Source: Candidatus Gastranaerophilales bacterium (lineage in GTDB: Bacteria; Cyanobacteriota; Vampirovibrionia; Gastranaerophilales; Gastranaerophilaceae). Taken from it: a DNA stretch of 64,000 nucleotides. Made by a program: the position numbers and the translations under genes. The stretch spans positions 19,793 to 83,792 of the forward strand of contig CALUVO010000009.1 of the NCBI GenBank assembly GCA_944324245.1, given 5' to 3'. Each line of letters begins with the position of its first letter. Within the stretch, counting starts at the first letter, position 1. The notes below the pieces were generated by a model. That model had not been told where the DNA came from. It saw nothing but the letters and a program-made list of their open reading frames with translations, and ran no database searches. Positions 37,801 to 46,853 of this stretch are shown here, in pieces.

Positions 37801-38445
37801 TTATTTCTCTGCAGCTTCTTCAGCCGGTGCTGCTTCTTTGTCATGACAGGGGCATTTGCAGTCAGCTGGTTCAGCTTGACCGGAATTGTGGCAGCCGCAC
37901 TTGCAGTCAGGCGGGCAGGCAGGATTTTCGCAGGGTTCTTTCGGCGGCATCATTGCACCGTGATGAGGACCTTTGGGCGGGCACATCATGTGCATTTTGT
38001 CAAATTCTGCTTTTGTTTCATCTTTAATTTTTTGAAGTTCTGCTTTTTGTTCTGGTGTCAGCAGTGCTTCGAATTTTTTCATGCTGTCTTTTCTGATTTC
38101 TCTTTCTTTAGCAAAGAGTTCTTCCATTTTTTTCTGTTCTTTTTTTATTTTTTCTCTGTAAGGTGTGATTGCTTTTTTCTCATCTGCTTTAATTTTTTCA
38201 AGCTGAACCTTTTGTGACTCTGTAAGATTGAGTCTTTCTTCAAATTCTGTTTTTTTTGCTTCTCTAATTTTTGCATGTTCTTCGGGACTCAAAGGCTTTT
38301 TGCACTCTTTCATCGGTGCAGGCTGTCCGTCTTTTTCACAAGGACCTTTTGCAGGACAATTAGCCATTGCAGGTGCTGCAATTATTGCACTCAGTGATAA
38401 AGCCATTGTTCCTGTCAACAATGCAGATAATAATGTTTTTTTCAT
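37801..38445 (-). CDS. Periplasmic CpxP/Spy/ZraP-like LTXXQ protein with Cys/His-rich tail
   Basis: Signal peptide, 'LTESQKVQL' and 'LTPEQKAEL'. The C-terminus is 'CENPACPPDCKCGCHNSGQAEPADCKCPCHDKE'. Confidence 0.65.
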   Translation of the reverse strand: MKKTLLSALLTGTMALSLSAIIAAPAMANCPAKGPCEKDGQPAPMKECKKPLSPEEHAKIREAKKTEFEERLNLTESQKVQLEKIKADEKKAITPYREKIKKEQKKMEELFAKEREIRKDSMKKFEALLTPEQKAELQKIKDETKAEFDKMHMMCPPKGPHHGAMMPPKEPCENPACPPDCKCGCHNSGQAEPADCKCPCHDKEAAPAEEAAEK

Positions 38446-38772
38446 TTAACTCTCCTTTTCTTCCATAATACATAAATTCTGCATTACTATTTTTTATTAA
38501 GTTTCTTTACATAAAAAATATTTTCTTAAAATGCCGAATTTGGGTATTAACATTAAGTATAATTATCTTTTGGCATCTGTCAATGGTTCTTTAAAGGCAT
38601 TTTTTACTTATATGTAATAATTTAGCTGTATTGCAGGTGATAATTAGTGTTAAAGGTACACTGATTATTTCATGAAACTAAATATACCCATGTGGGTTAT
38701 ATATTTTAAACACCGCACCTAATATAGTAGATAATGATTTATAATACTAATTAAACAATAAGGAGTTAGATT

Positions 38773-39450
38773 TTGGAAAATGCAAAAAAAATTTCTTTGT
38801 ATATTGTTGAAGATTACAAACTGACAATAAAGTCACTGACTCATGTAATTGAAAAATCTCAAGATTTTGAGATATTAGGTTGTTTTGGTACAGCAGAAGA
38901 ATTTTTAAAAGTATTTGATTCAAAAAAATCCGATATTGTTATTATGGATATAGAGCTTGGCGAAATAAATGGTCTGGTAGCAACAAAATATATTAAAGAA
39001 AATTCTCCTGAGACAAAGGTTGTGATTCTTACTTCCCATGAAAATGATGATGAGGTTATTGCAGCATTAGCGTTGGGTGCAAATGCGTATTGCTTAAAAG
39101 ATATAGAAACATCGTCTTTGTTTTATGTATTAAAAGAAGTTTACAAGGGTGCACTTTGGCTGCATCCGCATGTCGCAGTGGTTGCTAATCATTTTGCACC
39201 AAAGCCTAATCTGCCCGGTGATTTGAATAATCTTTATACTCAAATATCTGAAGATTATAATCTTACAAAAAGAGAACAACAGGTTATTGAATATATTGCA
39301 GAAGGCAAGACAAATCTGGAAATTGCGAAATTGATGAATATAAGCAGGCATACAGCAAAGGTACATGTAAAAAATGTACTGTCAAAATTGTCTGTAAGTG
39401 ATAGAGTACAGGCTGCGGTAAAAGCAGTAAAGTCCAAAATAATTCAATAG
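38773..39450 (+). CDS. NarL/LuxR-type response regulator
   Basis: Receiver domain 'DIVIMDIELGEINGL', and the LuxR HTH 'LTKREQQVIEYIAEGKTNLEIAKLMNISRHTAKVHVKNVLSKL'. Confidence 0.9.
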   Translation: MENAKKISLYIVEDYKLTIKSLTHVIEKSQDFEILGCFGTAEEFLKVFDSKKSDIVIMDIELGEINGLVATKYIKENSPETKVVILTSHENDDEVIAALALGANAYCLKDIETSSLFYVLKEVYKGALWLHPHVAVVANHFAPKPNLPGDLNNLYTQISEDYNLTKREQQVIEYIAEGKTNLEIAKLMNISRHTAKVHVKNVLSKLSVSDRVQAAVKAVKSKIIQ

Positions 39451-39459
39451 GAGAATCGT

Positions 39460-41109
39460 GTGTTAACCAAAAGAGTGTACGGAAAAATACTGTTTTATTT
39501 TATTTTTTTTATATTAATTACTTTTTTAATTAAAAGTCCTTTAATCCATCTGTCTTTAAAAGACGCTTCTGTAATATCTCTTGTAGTGCTCTGGATACAT
39601 TCTTTAATAGATAAGAGGTATCTTTTAAGCAAACTTTCCCAAAAATTTAACAACCAGAAATCTCTTATTAACAATCTGTTTATTAATTGTCCGAATCTTA
39701 TATATTTAAAAGACAATAATTTTAATTATATAGACTGTAATCCACAGATGAAAAAATTAATATGTATAGATGGAAACACTGATATTGCTGGAAAAAATGA
39801 TTTTGATATATTCCCTACAGAAACAGCTGAGACACTCCGTCAATATGATAAAAAAGTTATTGAAAAAGGAGAGATTGTCTCTTATAAAATAGAAAAGAAG
39901 TTCTTTACCGGTGAAACAAAAATCTATGATACGATTCTTGCTCCAACAATAAATAAAGAAAAAATTTCCGGTGTTCTGGGCATTATGAGAGATATAACTC
40001 AAACAGAAGCATTAAGAGAAAAATATCTTATTAAAAATGCTCAACTAAACAGTATACTTGATAATGTGCCGTTTGTAATTTACCTTAAAGATATTGAAGG
40101 AAGAGTAATTGCCTGTAATAAAATTCTTGAAGATTATATAAAACAGCCGGTAAAAAATATTATTGGAAAAAATCTTTCAGAAATGTTTTTACAGGATATT
40201 TCTGAAAAAATAAAAAAAGAAGATGCTCAAATCATAAAAGATAAGAAAAAAATATCTTATGAATCGAATTTAAATATTTTTGGTAAAGAAAAATCCTGGT
40301 ATTCTGTATCAAAATCACCGATATTCAATGACGATAATGAAGTTATTGGAATAATAGTTTATTTTATTAATATAGATGATGAAAAGAAGCTGCAGGCGCG
40401 AAAAGAAACATTTGTTGCTACTTTGACCCATGACCTAAAAACACCTACAACCGCACAGATGAATGCAATGAAACTGCTGCTTAACGGTTCATTGGGACCT
40501 TTAAATCCACAGCAAAGTGAAATGGTCGAGTTGAGTCTTAATTCAAATATTTATATGTCTAATATGATTTCTACAATTCTTGCTACTTACAAATCCGAAA
40601 GCGGCGAAGTTTTGCTTAAACCAGAACAGTTTGATATTACCGAGCTTATTAGTGCAACCTGCAAAGAAATATGCAATCTGGCACGCACAAAAGATCAAAA
40701 TATTATAGTTAAGTCTTCTATTGATAACCCTTTGATAACAGCAGACAAACTTCAGTTGAAACGGGCTGTCGTAAACCTGATATCAAATGCAATCACATAT
40801 GGCTTTGACAAAACTGATATTGAGGTTCTCTTAAGAGAGGAAGATAACAGGATATTCCTTGATGTGCTTAACCATTGCAGGTATATTCCTCCTGAACGGA
40901 TGAAAGAAATTTTTCTTAAATATAAATCAAGCGAAAATGCAAAATTTAATAAAGCAAGTACAGGGCTTGGTCTGTATTTGTCAAAGCAAATCATAAACGC
41001 ACATTCAGGAGAAATCCATGCAAACAGCTATGAAAATCAGACATGCATATTTGGTTTCAGTATACCAAGAGTGCAGAAACCTGTTCCAGAAGAATCAGGC
41101 GTTAATTGA
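39460..41109 (+). CDS. Membrane sensor histidine kinase with two PAS-like domains
   Basis: N-terminal TM helices, the H-box 'FVATLTHDLKTPT', the N-box 'LISNAITY' and the G-box 'GLGLYLSKQII'. Confidence 0.9.
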   Translation: MLTKRVYGKILFYFIFFILITFLIKSPLIHLSLKDASVISLVVLWIHSLIDKRYLLSKLSQKFNNQKSLINNLFINCPNLIYLKDNNFNYIDCNPQMKKLICIDGNTDIAGKNDFDIFPTETAETLRQYDKKVIEKGEIVSYKIEKKFFTGETKIYDTILAPTINKEKISGVLGIMRDITQTEALREKYLIKNAQLNSILDNVPFVIYLKDIEGRVIACNKILEDYIKQPVKNIIGKNLSEMFLQDISEKIKKEDAQIIKDKKKISYESNLNIFGKEKSWYSVSKSPIFNDDNEVIGIIVYFINIDDEKKLQARKETFVATLTHDLKTPTTAQMNAMKLLLNGSLGPLNPQQSEMVELSLNSNIYMSNMISTILATYKSESGEVLLKPEQFDITELISATCKEICNLARTKDQNIIVKSSIDNPLITADKLQLKRAVVNLISNAITYGFDKTDIEVLLREEDNRIFLDVLNHCRYIPPERMKEIFLKYKSSENAKFNKASTGLGLYLSKQIINAHSGEIHANSYENQTCIFGFSIPRVQKPVPEESGVN

Positions 41110-41695
41110 TTTTTGTAAGAACTTCGTTCAGATGTTTGCAATTTGAATGAAGCGATAAAAATACTGTTTGTACAGTGTTTATGATTTCGCTTTTTGCCGG
41201 AATTTCTTCTGTATTAAAAGGCAAAAAGTATAAATCCATAGGCAGACAACCTTCTTCATTTGGATAAAAATATGTTATATCCAGTTTATGTGCATTTAAT
41301 GATTCGTAAAATTTAATACGTCTTATAGTATTTGGCTTGCTTTGTTCTGGCTTTTCTACCTCGAGATATATGCCATTGTATTCTTTGGCAAAATATTTTT
41401 TTAAATTATCAAAGATTTGGTGTCCGTATCCTCTTGATTGGTATTGTTTCATAACAGCAACATAATCAAGCCAGAGATTTTTGTAATATTTATCTTTAAA
41501 AACAATAAAATACCCTATACAAATATCATCAGAAATTGCTGAATAAAGGTTGTAATCATTACCCGAAAGCAGTGAGACAAAACATTCATATGACTTCAAT
41601 TCGGACATTGGAAACTGTTTTGTCATATCAATGTATACAGTATTAAAAAAGCTGATGTCTTCTTGTTTTATAACAAACATAATCTGCAAACTCAA
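41102..41695 (-). CDS. GNAT-family N-acetyltransferase
   Basis: 'YVAVMKQYQSRGYGHQIF' acetyl-CoA binding motif (Q/RxxGxG/A). Confidence 0.75.
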   Translation of the reverse strand: MSLQIMFVIKQEDISFFNTVYIDMTKQFPMSELKSYECFVSLLSGNDYNLYSAISDDICIGYFIVFKDKYYKNLWLDYVAVMKQYQSRGYGHQIFDNLKKYFAKEYNGIYLEVEKPEQSKPNTIRRIKFYESLNAHKLDITYFYPNEEGCLPMDLYFLPFNTEEIPAKSEIINTVQTVFLSLHSNCKHLNEVLTKIN

Positions 41696-41754
41696 ACAAA
41701 ATTAATATGTGTATTATAGCAAAATAATACACATAAATATGCTATAATTTTTTT

Positions 41755-42147
41755 ATGAAAAAATTTTTATTCTTTAATGTTAGTTTAGTATTGTGTTTTT
41801 GGGGGATTTGGGGTGCAAATATCGTACTATCAGCCTCAATGTTTGATGAAAACGGGTCATATTCAGGAAGCTGGAAACAAATGACAAATGTTACATCTTC
41901 CTCCACCTCTTATTCAAATAGATACAAAAGCAGTGATTATTCTTCTTCTGCATGGTATGCCAACAATAGGAAACAACAGGCGCAAAGACAGAATAGCTCC
42001 TTTTCAAATGAAAATTATGTGCAAACAAACGCTGTGCCTTTCAGATATAATACGCTAAACTATACAAGGATAAGGAAAGTAAAAGGCGGTTACGGTGACT
42101 ATAATGCGAAATGCTCAGATATAGGTGATGTAAGCTTTTGTCATTAA
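41755..42147 (+). CDS. Small secreted Ser/Asn/Tyr-rich hypothetical protein
   Basis: Has a signal peptide and low-complexity sequence. No domain recognised. Confidence 0.45.
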   Translation: MKKFLFFNVSLVLCFWGIWGANIVLSASMFDENGSYSGSWKQMTNVTSSSTSYSNRYKSSDYSSSAWYANNRKQQAQRQNSSFSNENYVQTNAVPFRYNTLNYTRIRKVKGGYGDYNAKCSDIGDVSFCH

Positions 42148-42154
42148 TATCTAA

Positions 42155-42555
42155 TCTAGTGTTGCAGTTGCCGCCTGCGGTCTTGAAATCAGACGTTCGG
42201 AAAAGCGTGGATTCCCCTCACAAGGGGCGTTCCCTCTCTTCGTTCATTCTGCCCCGTCTGATTCCGCTTTCTTGAAATTTCTTCTCGCTCGTTGCTGCCG
42301 CTGACTATGCTTTGCTACCGTCTGCTTGCATTCGCTCACCGGGTTTCACCCGTCCGGAATTTCGCTGACCGCAGCCGGCACCTGCTCACTTTTGAATTCT
42401 TTTGCCTCTGTGTCGAACAAAAGTTGACTAAATGTCATATTTTAAGAGAGGGGCTAAGTGAGATACGAAGTATCTCCGTGCAGTATAAAAATTGGAAACT
42501 GTCTGAGCGTGAAGAAAATCCAAGACGTAGTCGGAGTCAGTTGACGATATGAAAT
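42155..42555. repeat. GC-enriched, multi-hairpin, ORF-free composite repeat region
   Basis: The 14-bp outer stem 42167-42182 / 42367-42381 encloses hairpins at 42188/42255, 42214-42227 and 42340-42352. It shares blocks with 37716-37739, 61618-61645 (inverted) and 31805-31826. Confidence 0.6.
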
Positions 42556-42816
42556 TTATCCGAAAAATCTGTTTATAAAATCAGTAATACCCGCTTGTTT
42601 TTTGTTTTCACTGTTATTGAGGCACTGCATAATATCAGTTTCCGCATCATAATTATCAGAATATATGCTACAAGACTTTTCTGTATGTGCGCCCGTAGCG
42701 TCAAGCAACGGTGCAGAATCTTTTGGCATATACACACCTCGTGACTTGCTTACATAATTATATTTGGCAAACGGATTGTAATAGTTTGCTGGATTTATCA
42801 TATTATTGCTGCTCAT
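42556..42816 (-). CDS. Small hypothetical protein with N-terminal NPFAKY motif
   Basis: 86-aa ORF. The motif is shared with the 43360-43548 product. Confidence 0.4.
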   Translation of the reverse strand: MSSNNMINPANYYNPFAKYNYVSKSRGVYMPKDSAPLLDATGAHTEKSCSIYSDNYDAETDIMQCLNNSENKKQAGITDFINRFFG

Positions 42817-42911
42817 ATTTTTTATATAAGAATGATTTTTTATAAATCAAAATTTTTATAGTAAATATTCTCAAACTTTACAAAACTTAAAATTAATAAT
42901 ATAATGTAGTA

Positions 42912-43295
42912 ATGGAAGAATTGAATTTAAAATGTTATGCGCACCTTGGTGATGCTGTATATGAGGTATTTATCAGAGAAAAAGTTGTCTTGTTGACATC
43001 TAAAATGTCTAGAATGCACAAATTAAATACAGCTCTTGTTAGAGCATCTTTTCAGTGTGAATTATTAGATGTTCTGGATCCTCATTTGACAGAAAAAGAG
43101 CAGGATTTAATAAGACGTGGCAGAAATTTACCTCTTGGCACTGCAAAAAAAAGGAACCAGACATTGCATCATATGGCTACGGGGTTTGAAGTACTGGTTG
43201 GCTATTTACATATGCACGACCATGACCGACTTTTAAAATTGTTTAAAATCATGTCTGATTATATAAATTCAAAAGATCATATAGTAAATGAATAA
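42912..43295 (+). CDS. mrnC: Mini-ribonuclease 3 (Mini-III)
   Basis: 'YAHLGDAVYEVFIRE' and 'GRNLPLGTAKK...' with 'ATGFEVLVGYL'. About 127 aa, a single RNase III catalytic domain. Confidence 0.8.
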   Translation: MEELNLKCYAHLGDAVYEVFIREKVVLLTSKMSRMHKLNTALVRASFQCELLDVLDPHLTEKEQDLIRRGRNLPLGTAKKRNQTLHHMATGFEVLVGYLHMHDHDRLLKLFKIMSDYINSKDHIVNE

Positions 43296-43327
43296 CCTGC
43301 TTAAATCGAAAAGCAGGTTATTTTTTA
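43293..43327. terminator. Bidirectional terminator
   Basis: 'taacctgctt aaatcgaa aagcaggtta' followed by tttttt. Confidence 0.75.
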
Positions 43328-43359
43328 TTTTTTGTATATAAATTTTGTTTAGTAACATA

Positions 43360-43548
43360 TTATGCAATATAGTTAGTACCGAATCTTGTCGCACCTAAGA
43401 AAACACATTCCTGAAGCATTGCATCCATTGAACGATAAACTTTTCTTGAAGGTTTCTTTTCTGCTTCTTCTACTCTTTGTTTAGTGATTTCATATTGTGC
43501 TGCTATTGATAATGTATAATTTGCAAATGGATTTGTTACTACGCTCAT
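43360..43548 (-). CDS. Small hypothetical protein with N-terminal NPFANY motif
   Basis: 62-aa ORF directly downstream of the 131-aa ORF. Confidence 0.4.
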   Translation of the reverse strand: MSVVTNPFANYTLSIAAQYEITKQRVEEAEKKPSRKVYRSMDAMLQECVFLGATRFGTNYIA

Positions 43549-43600
43549 TTTATTTCTCTCTCTTAGTCTTGTCTGCCTTAAATTTTGGGTCTCTTATTTA

Positions 43601-43996
43601 TTAGTTACCGTATTTGAATGTTTTTTCGATGCTGGAATCTCTATTCTTTTCCCAGCCCTCAATTTGAGTTGCTGCCATTTTCTGGTTGGTTTCTATTTGT
43701 TGTTTCTGAATATCTAATTGTTGTTCTTTTGCTTGGATTTCAGCAAGTTTTGCTTCGAATTGAGCACTGAATGCAGAGCTGTTGACCCATTCGATTACGC
43801 CATCAGCAACTTCGCCTTCTTCATCAGTGTTTGCTGCGATGTATGACTGGCTGTATGACATCTGCTGCATTGTGATTGATGCTTCTTCGTTAGCCAATCT
43901 TTGGAGCTGATTCATAATTATTGTCAATTGATATTCACAATCTGATTGAATGTTAGTTAAATTTTGTGCTGTTAAATGTGAAATTGCGAAGCCCAT
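43601..43996 (-). CDS. Coiled-coil hypothetical protein (131 aa)
   Basis: A clean ORF rich in Gln/Glu heptads. No domain recognised. Confidence 0.45.
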   Translation of the reverse strand: MGFAISHLTAQNLTNIQSDCEYQLTIIMNQLQRLANEEASITMQQMSYSQSYIAANTDEEGEVADGVIEWVNSSAFSAQFEAKLAEIQAKEQQLDIQKQQIETNQKMAATQIEGWEKNRDSSIEKTFKYGN

Positions 43997-44225
43997 CTCT
44001 TTATCCTCATTTACTTTATTTATCTCTCGTATATATATAAAGTAAAAAAGTATATAAAAATTGCCTTTTTGATATATACTTTGCTTAATATTTCTTAATA
44101 ATTATACATGTAAAAAGCTAAAATGCAGTCATATCAACAAAATTAGTTTTACAAAAGAGTATATACTCACATAGAATTATTTTGTTTTATAATTTAGTAG
44201 TTGAAATTTTTATATCAAAAAGGGT

Positions 44226-45515
44226 ATGGATATGAATAATACTGTTGTAATCGGTGCACAATGGGGAGATGAGGGTAAAGCAAAAATCACGGATTTGCTT
44301 TCAGAAAATGCAGATATAATAATACGTTATCAGGGAGGCTGCAATGCAGGTCATACTGTTGTCAATAACTGTAAGACTTTTAAATTTCACCTCATACCAT
44401 CCGGTATATTATACAAAAATAAATTGTGTTTTATCGGTGCAGGAACAGTTATTTATCCTGACGTGTTAAATAAAGAAATAGAAAATTTAAAAAAAGAAAA
44501 TATTGATTTATCCGGTTTAAAAATATCTCCGCTTGCTTCTGTTACAATGCCATATCATATTGATATAGACGGTTATTCTGAAGATACAGCAAAAGGCAAA
44601 GAAAAAATAGGCACAACGAAAAAAGGTATCGGTCCTACTTATACGGACAAAGTTTCCCGCCACGGAATAAAAGTTCAGGATTTATTTGACACAGATGGTT
44701 TATCCAAAAAGCTGGATATAATACTTCCGTTAAAAAATAAAGAATTAACTCAAATTTATGGTCTAAAACCTTATTCCAAAGAACTTATTTTGGCGCTTTG
44801 CCAAAAATATGCTGATATTATAAAACCTTATATCTGTAACGACTGGCAAAAAATATTCCATGATGCAATTCTTCAAAAAAAATCAATTCTTTTTGAAGGT
44901 GCACAGGGCGTAATGCTTGATGTTGACTGGGGTACATACCCTTATGTAACTAGTTCCAACCCTGTAGCCGGCGGTGCTTTTACAGGCAGCGGTTTTGGTC
45001 CGAGCATGGCAGGAGAAATAATTGGTGTATCAAAAGCTTATATTACAAGGGTTGGAGAAGGTCCTTTTGCAACTGAATTAAATGATGAAACAGGGAAAAA
45101 AATCAGAAATATTGGTCATGAATTCGGGACCACAACAGGACGACCGAGAAGAACAGGCTGGTTTGATGCAGTTGTTGCAAAATACGGCGTACTTGTAAGC
45201 GGGTTAACATCAATGGCTGTTACAAAACTTGATGTATTTGATACTTTTGAAGAAATCAAAGTTTGTACAGCATACAAAGACAAAAGAACCGGTGAAATTT
45301 ATGAATACTATCCGACAAATGTGAATGTCCATGAATATCTGGAACCGGTATATGAGACACATTCCGGCTGGTTGACAGATATTACCGGTATAAAAAAATA
45401 TGAAGACTTGCCGGAAAATGCAAAAAAATATCTTGTCCGTCTGGAAGAACTCATGGGGGTAAGGATATCTATAATCAGTGTAGGGCCGGACAGGCACCAG
45501 ACAATATTCAGATAA
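44226..45515 (+). CDS. purA: Adenylosuccinate synthase
   Basis: 'VVIGAQWGDEGKAKITD', 'GGCNAGHTV', 'GTTKKGIGPTYTDK' and 'GTTTGRPRRTGWFD'. Confidence 0.97.
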   Translation: MDMNNTVVIGAQWGDEGKAKITDLLSENADIIIRYQGGCNAGHTVVNNCKTFKFHLIPSGILYKNKLCFIGAGTVIYPDVLNKEIENLKKENIDLSGLKISPLASVTMPYHIDIDGYSEDTAKGKEKIGTTKKGIGPTYTDKVSRHGIKVQDLFDTDGLSKKLDIILPLKNKELTQIYGLKPYSKELILALCQKYADIIKPYICNDWQKIFHDAILQKKSILFEGAQGVMLDVDWGTYPYVTSSNPVAGGAFTGSGFGPSMAGEIIGVSKAYITRVGEGPFATELNDETGKKIRNIGHEFGTTTGRPRRTGWFDAVVAKYGVLVSGLTSMAVTKLDVFDTFEEIKVCTAYKDKRTGEIYEYYPTNVNVHEYLEPVYETHSGWLTDITGIKKYEDLPENAKKYLVRLEELMGVRISIISVGPDRHQTIFR

Positions 45516-45551
45516 TAGAGCTGAGTGAATATATTTATAGAGGAAGTATTT

Positions 45552-46829
45552 ATGTTATTCTTTAGTTTTATTTATAATGCGGTTTTAATTTTTGCGGCAA
45601 TTGTTCTGCTGCCTGTAATTTTGATTGCGCTTGCTGCTGTTCCAAAATTCAGAGCGGGCTTTTGGACAAAACTCGGTTTTTATGGAAATATAAATTTGGA
45701 TAAAAACAAAGAAACACTATTCTTCCATGCTGTTTCTGTAGGTGAAGTGAATGCAATCGAGGCTCTTGTCAAAAAGACAAGAGAAGTTTTTCCGGATGTT
45801 AATATTGTTTTGTCGACGACTACAAAAACCGGTCAGGAAATAGCACACAAAAAGCTTTCTGATACGGTTAATGCAATAACTTATTTTCCTTTTGATTTCT
45901 TTTTTAGCGTACTTGCATTCTTAAACACAGTTAAGCCTGACAAGATAATTATTGCAGAAACTGAAATCTGGCCGGATTTTGTATACCTTGCAAAGAAAAG
46001 AAATATCCCTGTGTATATTGTAAATGGAAGACTGTCTCCTCATTCATATAATGGCTACAAGAAGTTTTCTTTCTTTTTTAAACCTGTGCTTGCTCAGTAC
46101 AAGGGTATTTTTATGCAGACAACTGACGATGTTCAAAGAATTATTGATGTCGGGGCAAATCCGGAAATTACAAAATTTATGGGTAATTTAAAATTTGATA
46201 TAAAACCGACAATGAATAAAGCTCAAATTACAGAACTTGCAAACGGTCTAGAGCTTAACGGAGCAAAAATGATTGTAGCCGCAAGTACTCATAAAGGCGA
46301 AGATGAAATTATTTTATCAGTATTTGAAAAACTAAAGAAAGAATTTCCTTCGTTAAAGCTGCTTCTTGCACCGAGGCATCCGGAACGATATGAAAAAGTA
46401 ACTGAACTATTGAAAAAGTCCGGCTTTAAATACGGCAAAAGAAGCAATAATGATACATTTGCAGATAATGATATAATTATGCTGGATACAATGGGTGAGC
46501 TGATGAAGATGTTTTCAATATGTCATTTTGCATATATTGGCGGTAGTTTTTCAAATACAGGCGGACATAATCCTCTTGAGGCAAACATCTGGGGCAAACC
46601 TGTTTTGTCAGGAGATTGTGTTTTTAATTTTAAAGACATATATTCTTATCTTACAAAAACTAATGCGGCAAAACTATGTGCAACACCCGAAGAACTTTTG
46701 CAAGAGATGAAAAAACTTATAGAAGATGAAAATTTCTATAAAACTGCATGTTACGATACTTACCAAATTTTTGAAGAGAACTCCGGTGCTGTTGATTTTG
46801 TTATCAATGTTTTGAATGACCATAGATAA
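45552..46829 (+). CDS. waaA: 3-deoxy-D-manno-octulosonic acid (Kdo) transferase
   Basis: N-terminal TM helix, 'HAVSVGEVNAIEALV' and 'FIGGSF...GGHNPLEA'. ATG 45552 has a 'gaggaag' RBS; the ORF track start is GTG 45525. Confidence 0.85.
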   Translation: MLFFSFIYNAVLIFAAIVLLPVILIALAAVPKFRAGFWTKLGFYGNINLDKNKETLFFHAVSVGEVNAIEALVKKTREVFPDVNIVLSTTTKTGQEIAHKKLSDTVNAITYFPFDFFFSVLAFLNTVKPDKIIIAETEIWPDFVYLAKKRNIPVYIVNGRLSPHSYNGYKKFSFFFKPVLAQYKGIFMQTTDDVQRIIDVGANPEITKFMGNLKFDIKPTMNKAQITELANGLELNGAKMIVAASTHKGEDEIILSVFEKLKKEFPSLKLLLAPRHPERYEKVTELLKKSGFKYGKRSNNDTFADNDIIMLDTMGELMKMFSICHFAYIGGSFSNTGGHNPLEANIWGKPVLSGDCVFNFKDIYSYLTKTNAAKLCATPEELLQEMKKLIEDENFYKTACYDTYQIFEENSGAVDFVINVLNDHR

Positions 46830-46853
46830 TTCAAAATATGATAATATGATTTT

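Noticed and set aside
42150-42555. A minus-strand reading frame through the GC-rich region is open for ~95 codons apart from two in-frame TGA codons. I wondered about TGA recoding or a pseudogene. ORF 42292-42552 (+) was also considered.
   Set aside because: - TGA is used as an ordinary stop in this window, for example by marR at 5824-5826.
- The translated sequence matches nothing I recognise.
- The region is explained better by nested hairpins and shared repeat blocks.
42155-42555. Tested the GC-rich region (and 31380-31960) against the signatures of housekeeping RNAs.
   Set aside because: - No RNase P P4/CR motifs (GAGGAAAGTCC..., ACAGAA.CCGGCTTA).
- No tmRNA ends or tag ORF.
- No SRP 'GGTCCGGAAGGAAGCAGC'.
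- No reverse transcriptase is nearby that would suggest a retron or DGR.
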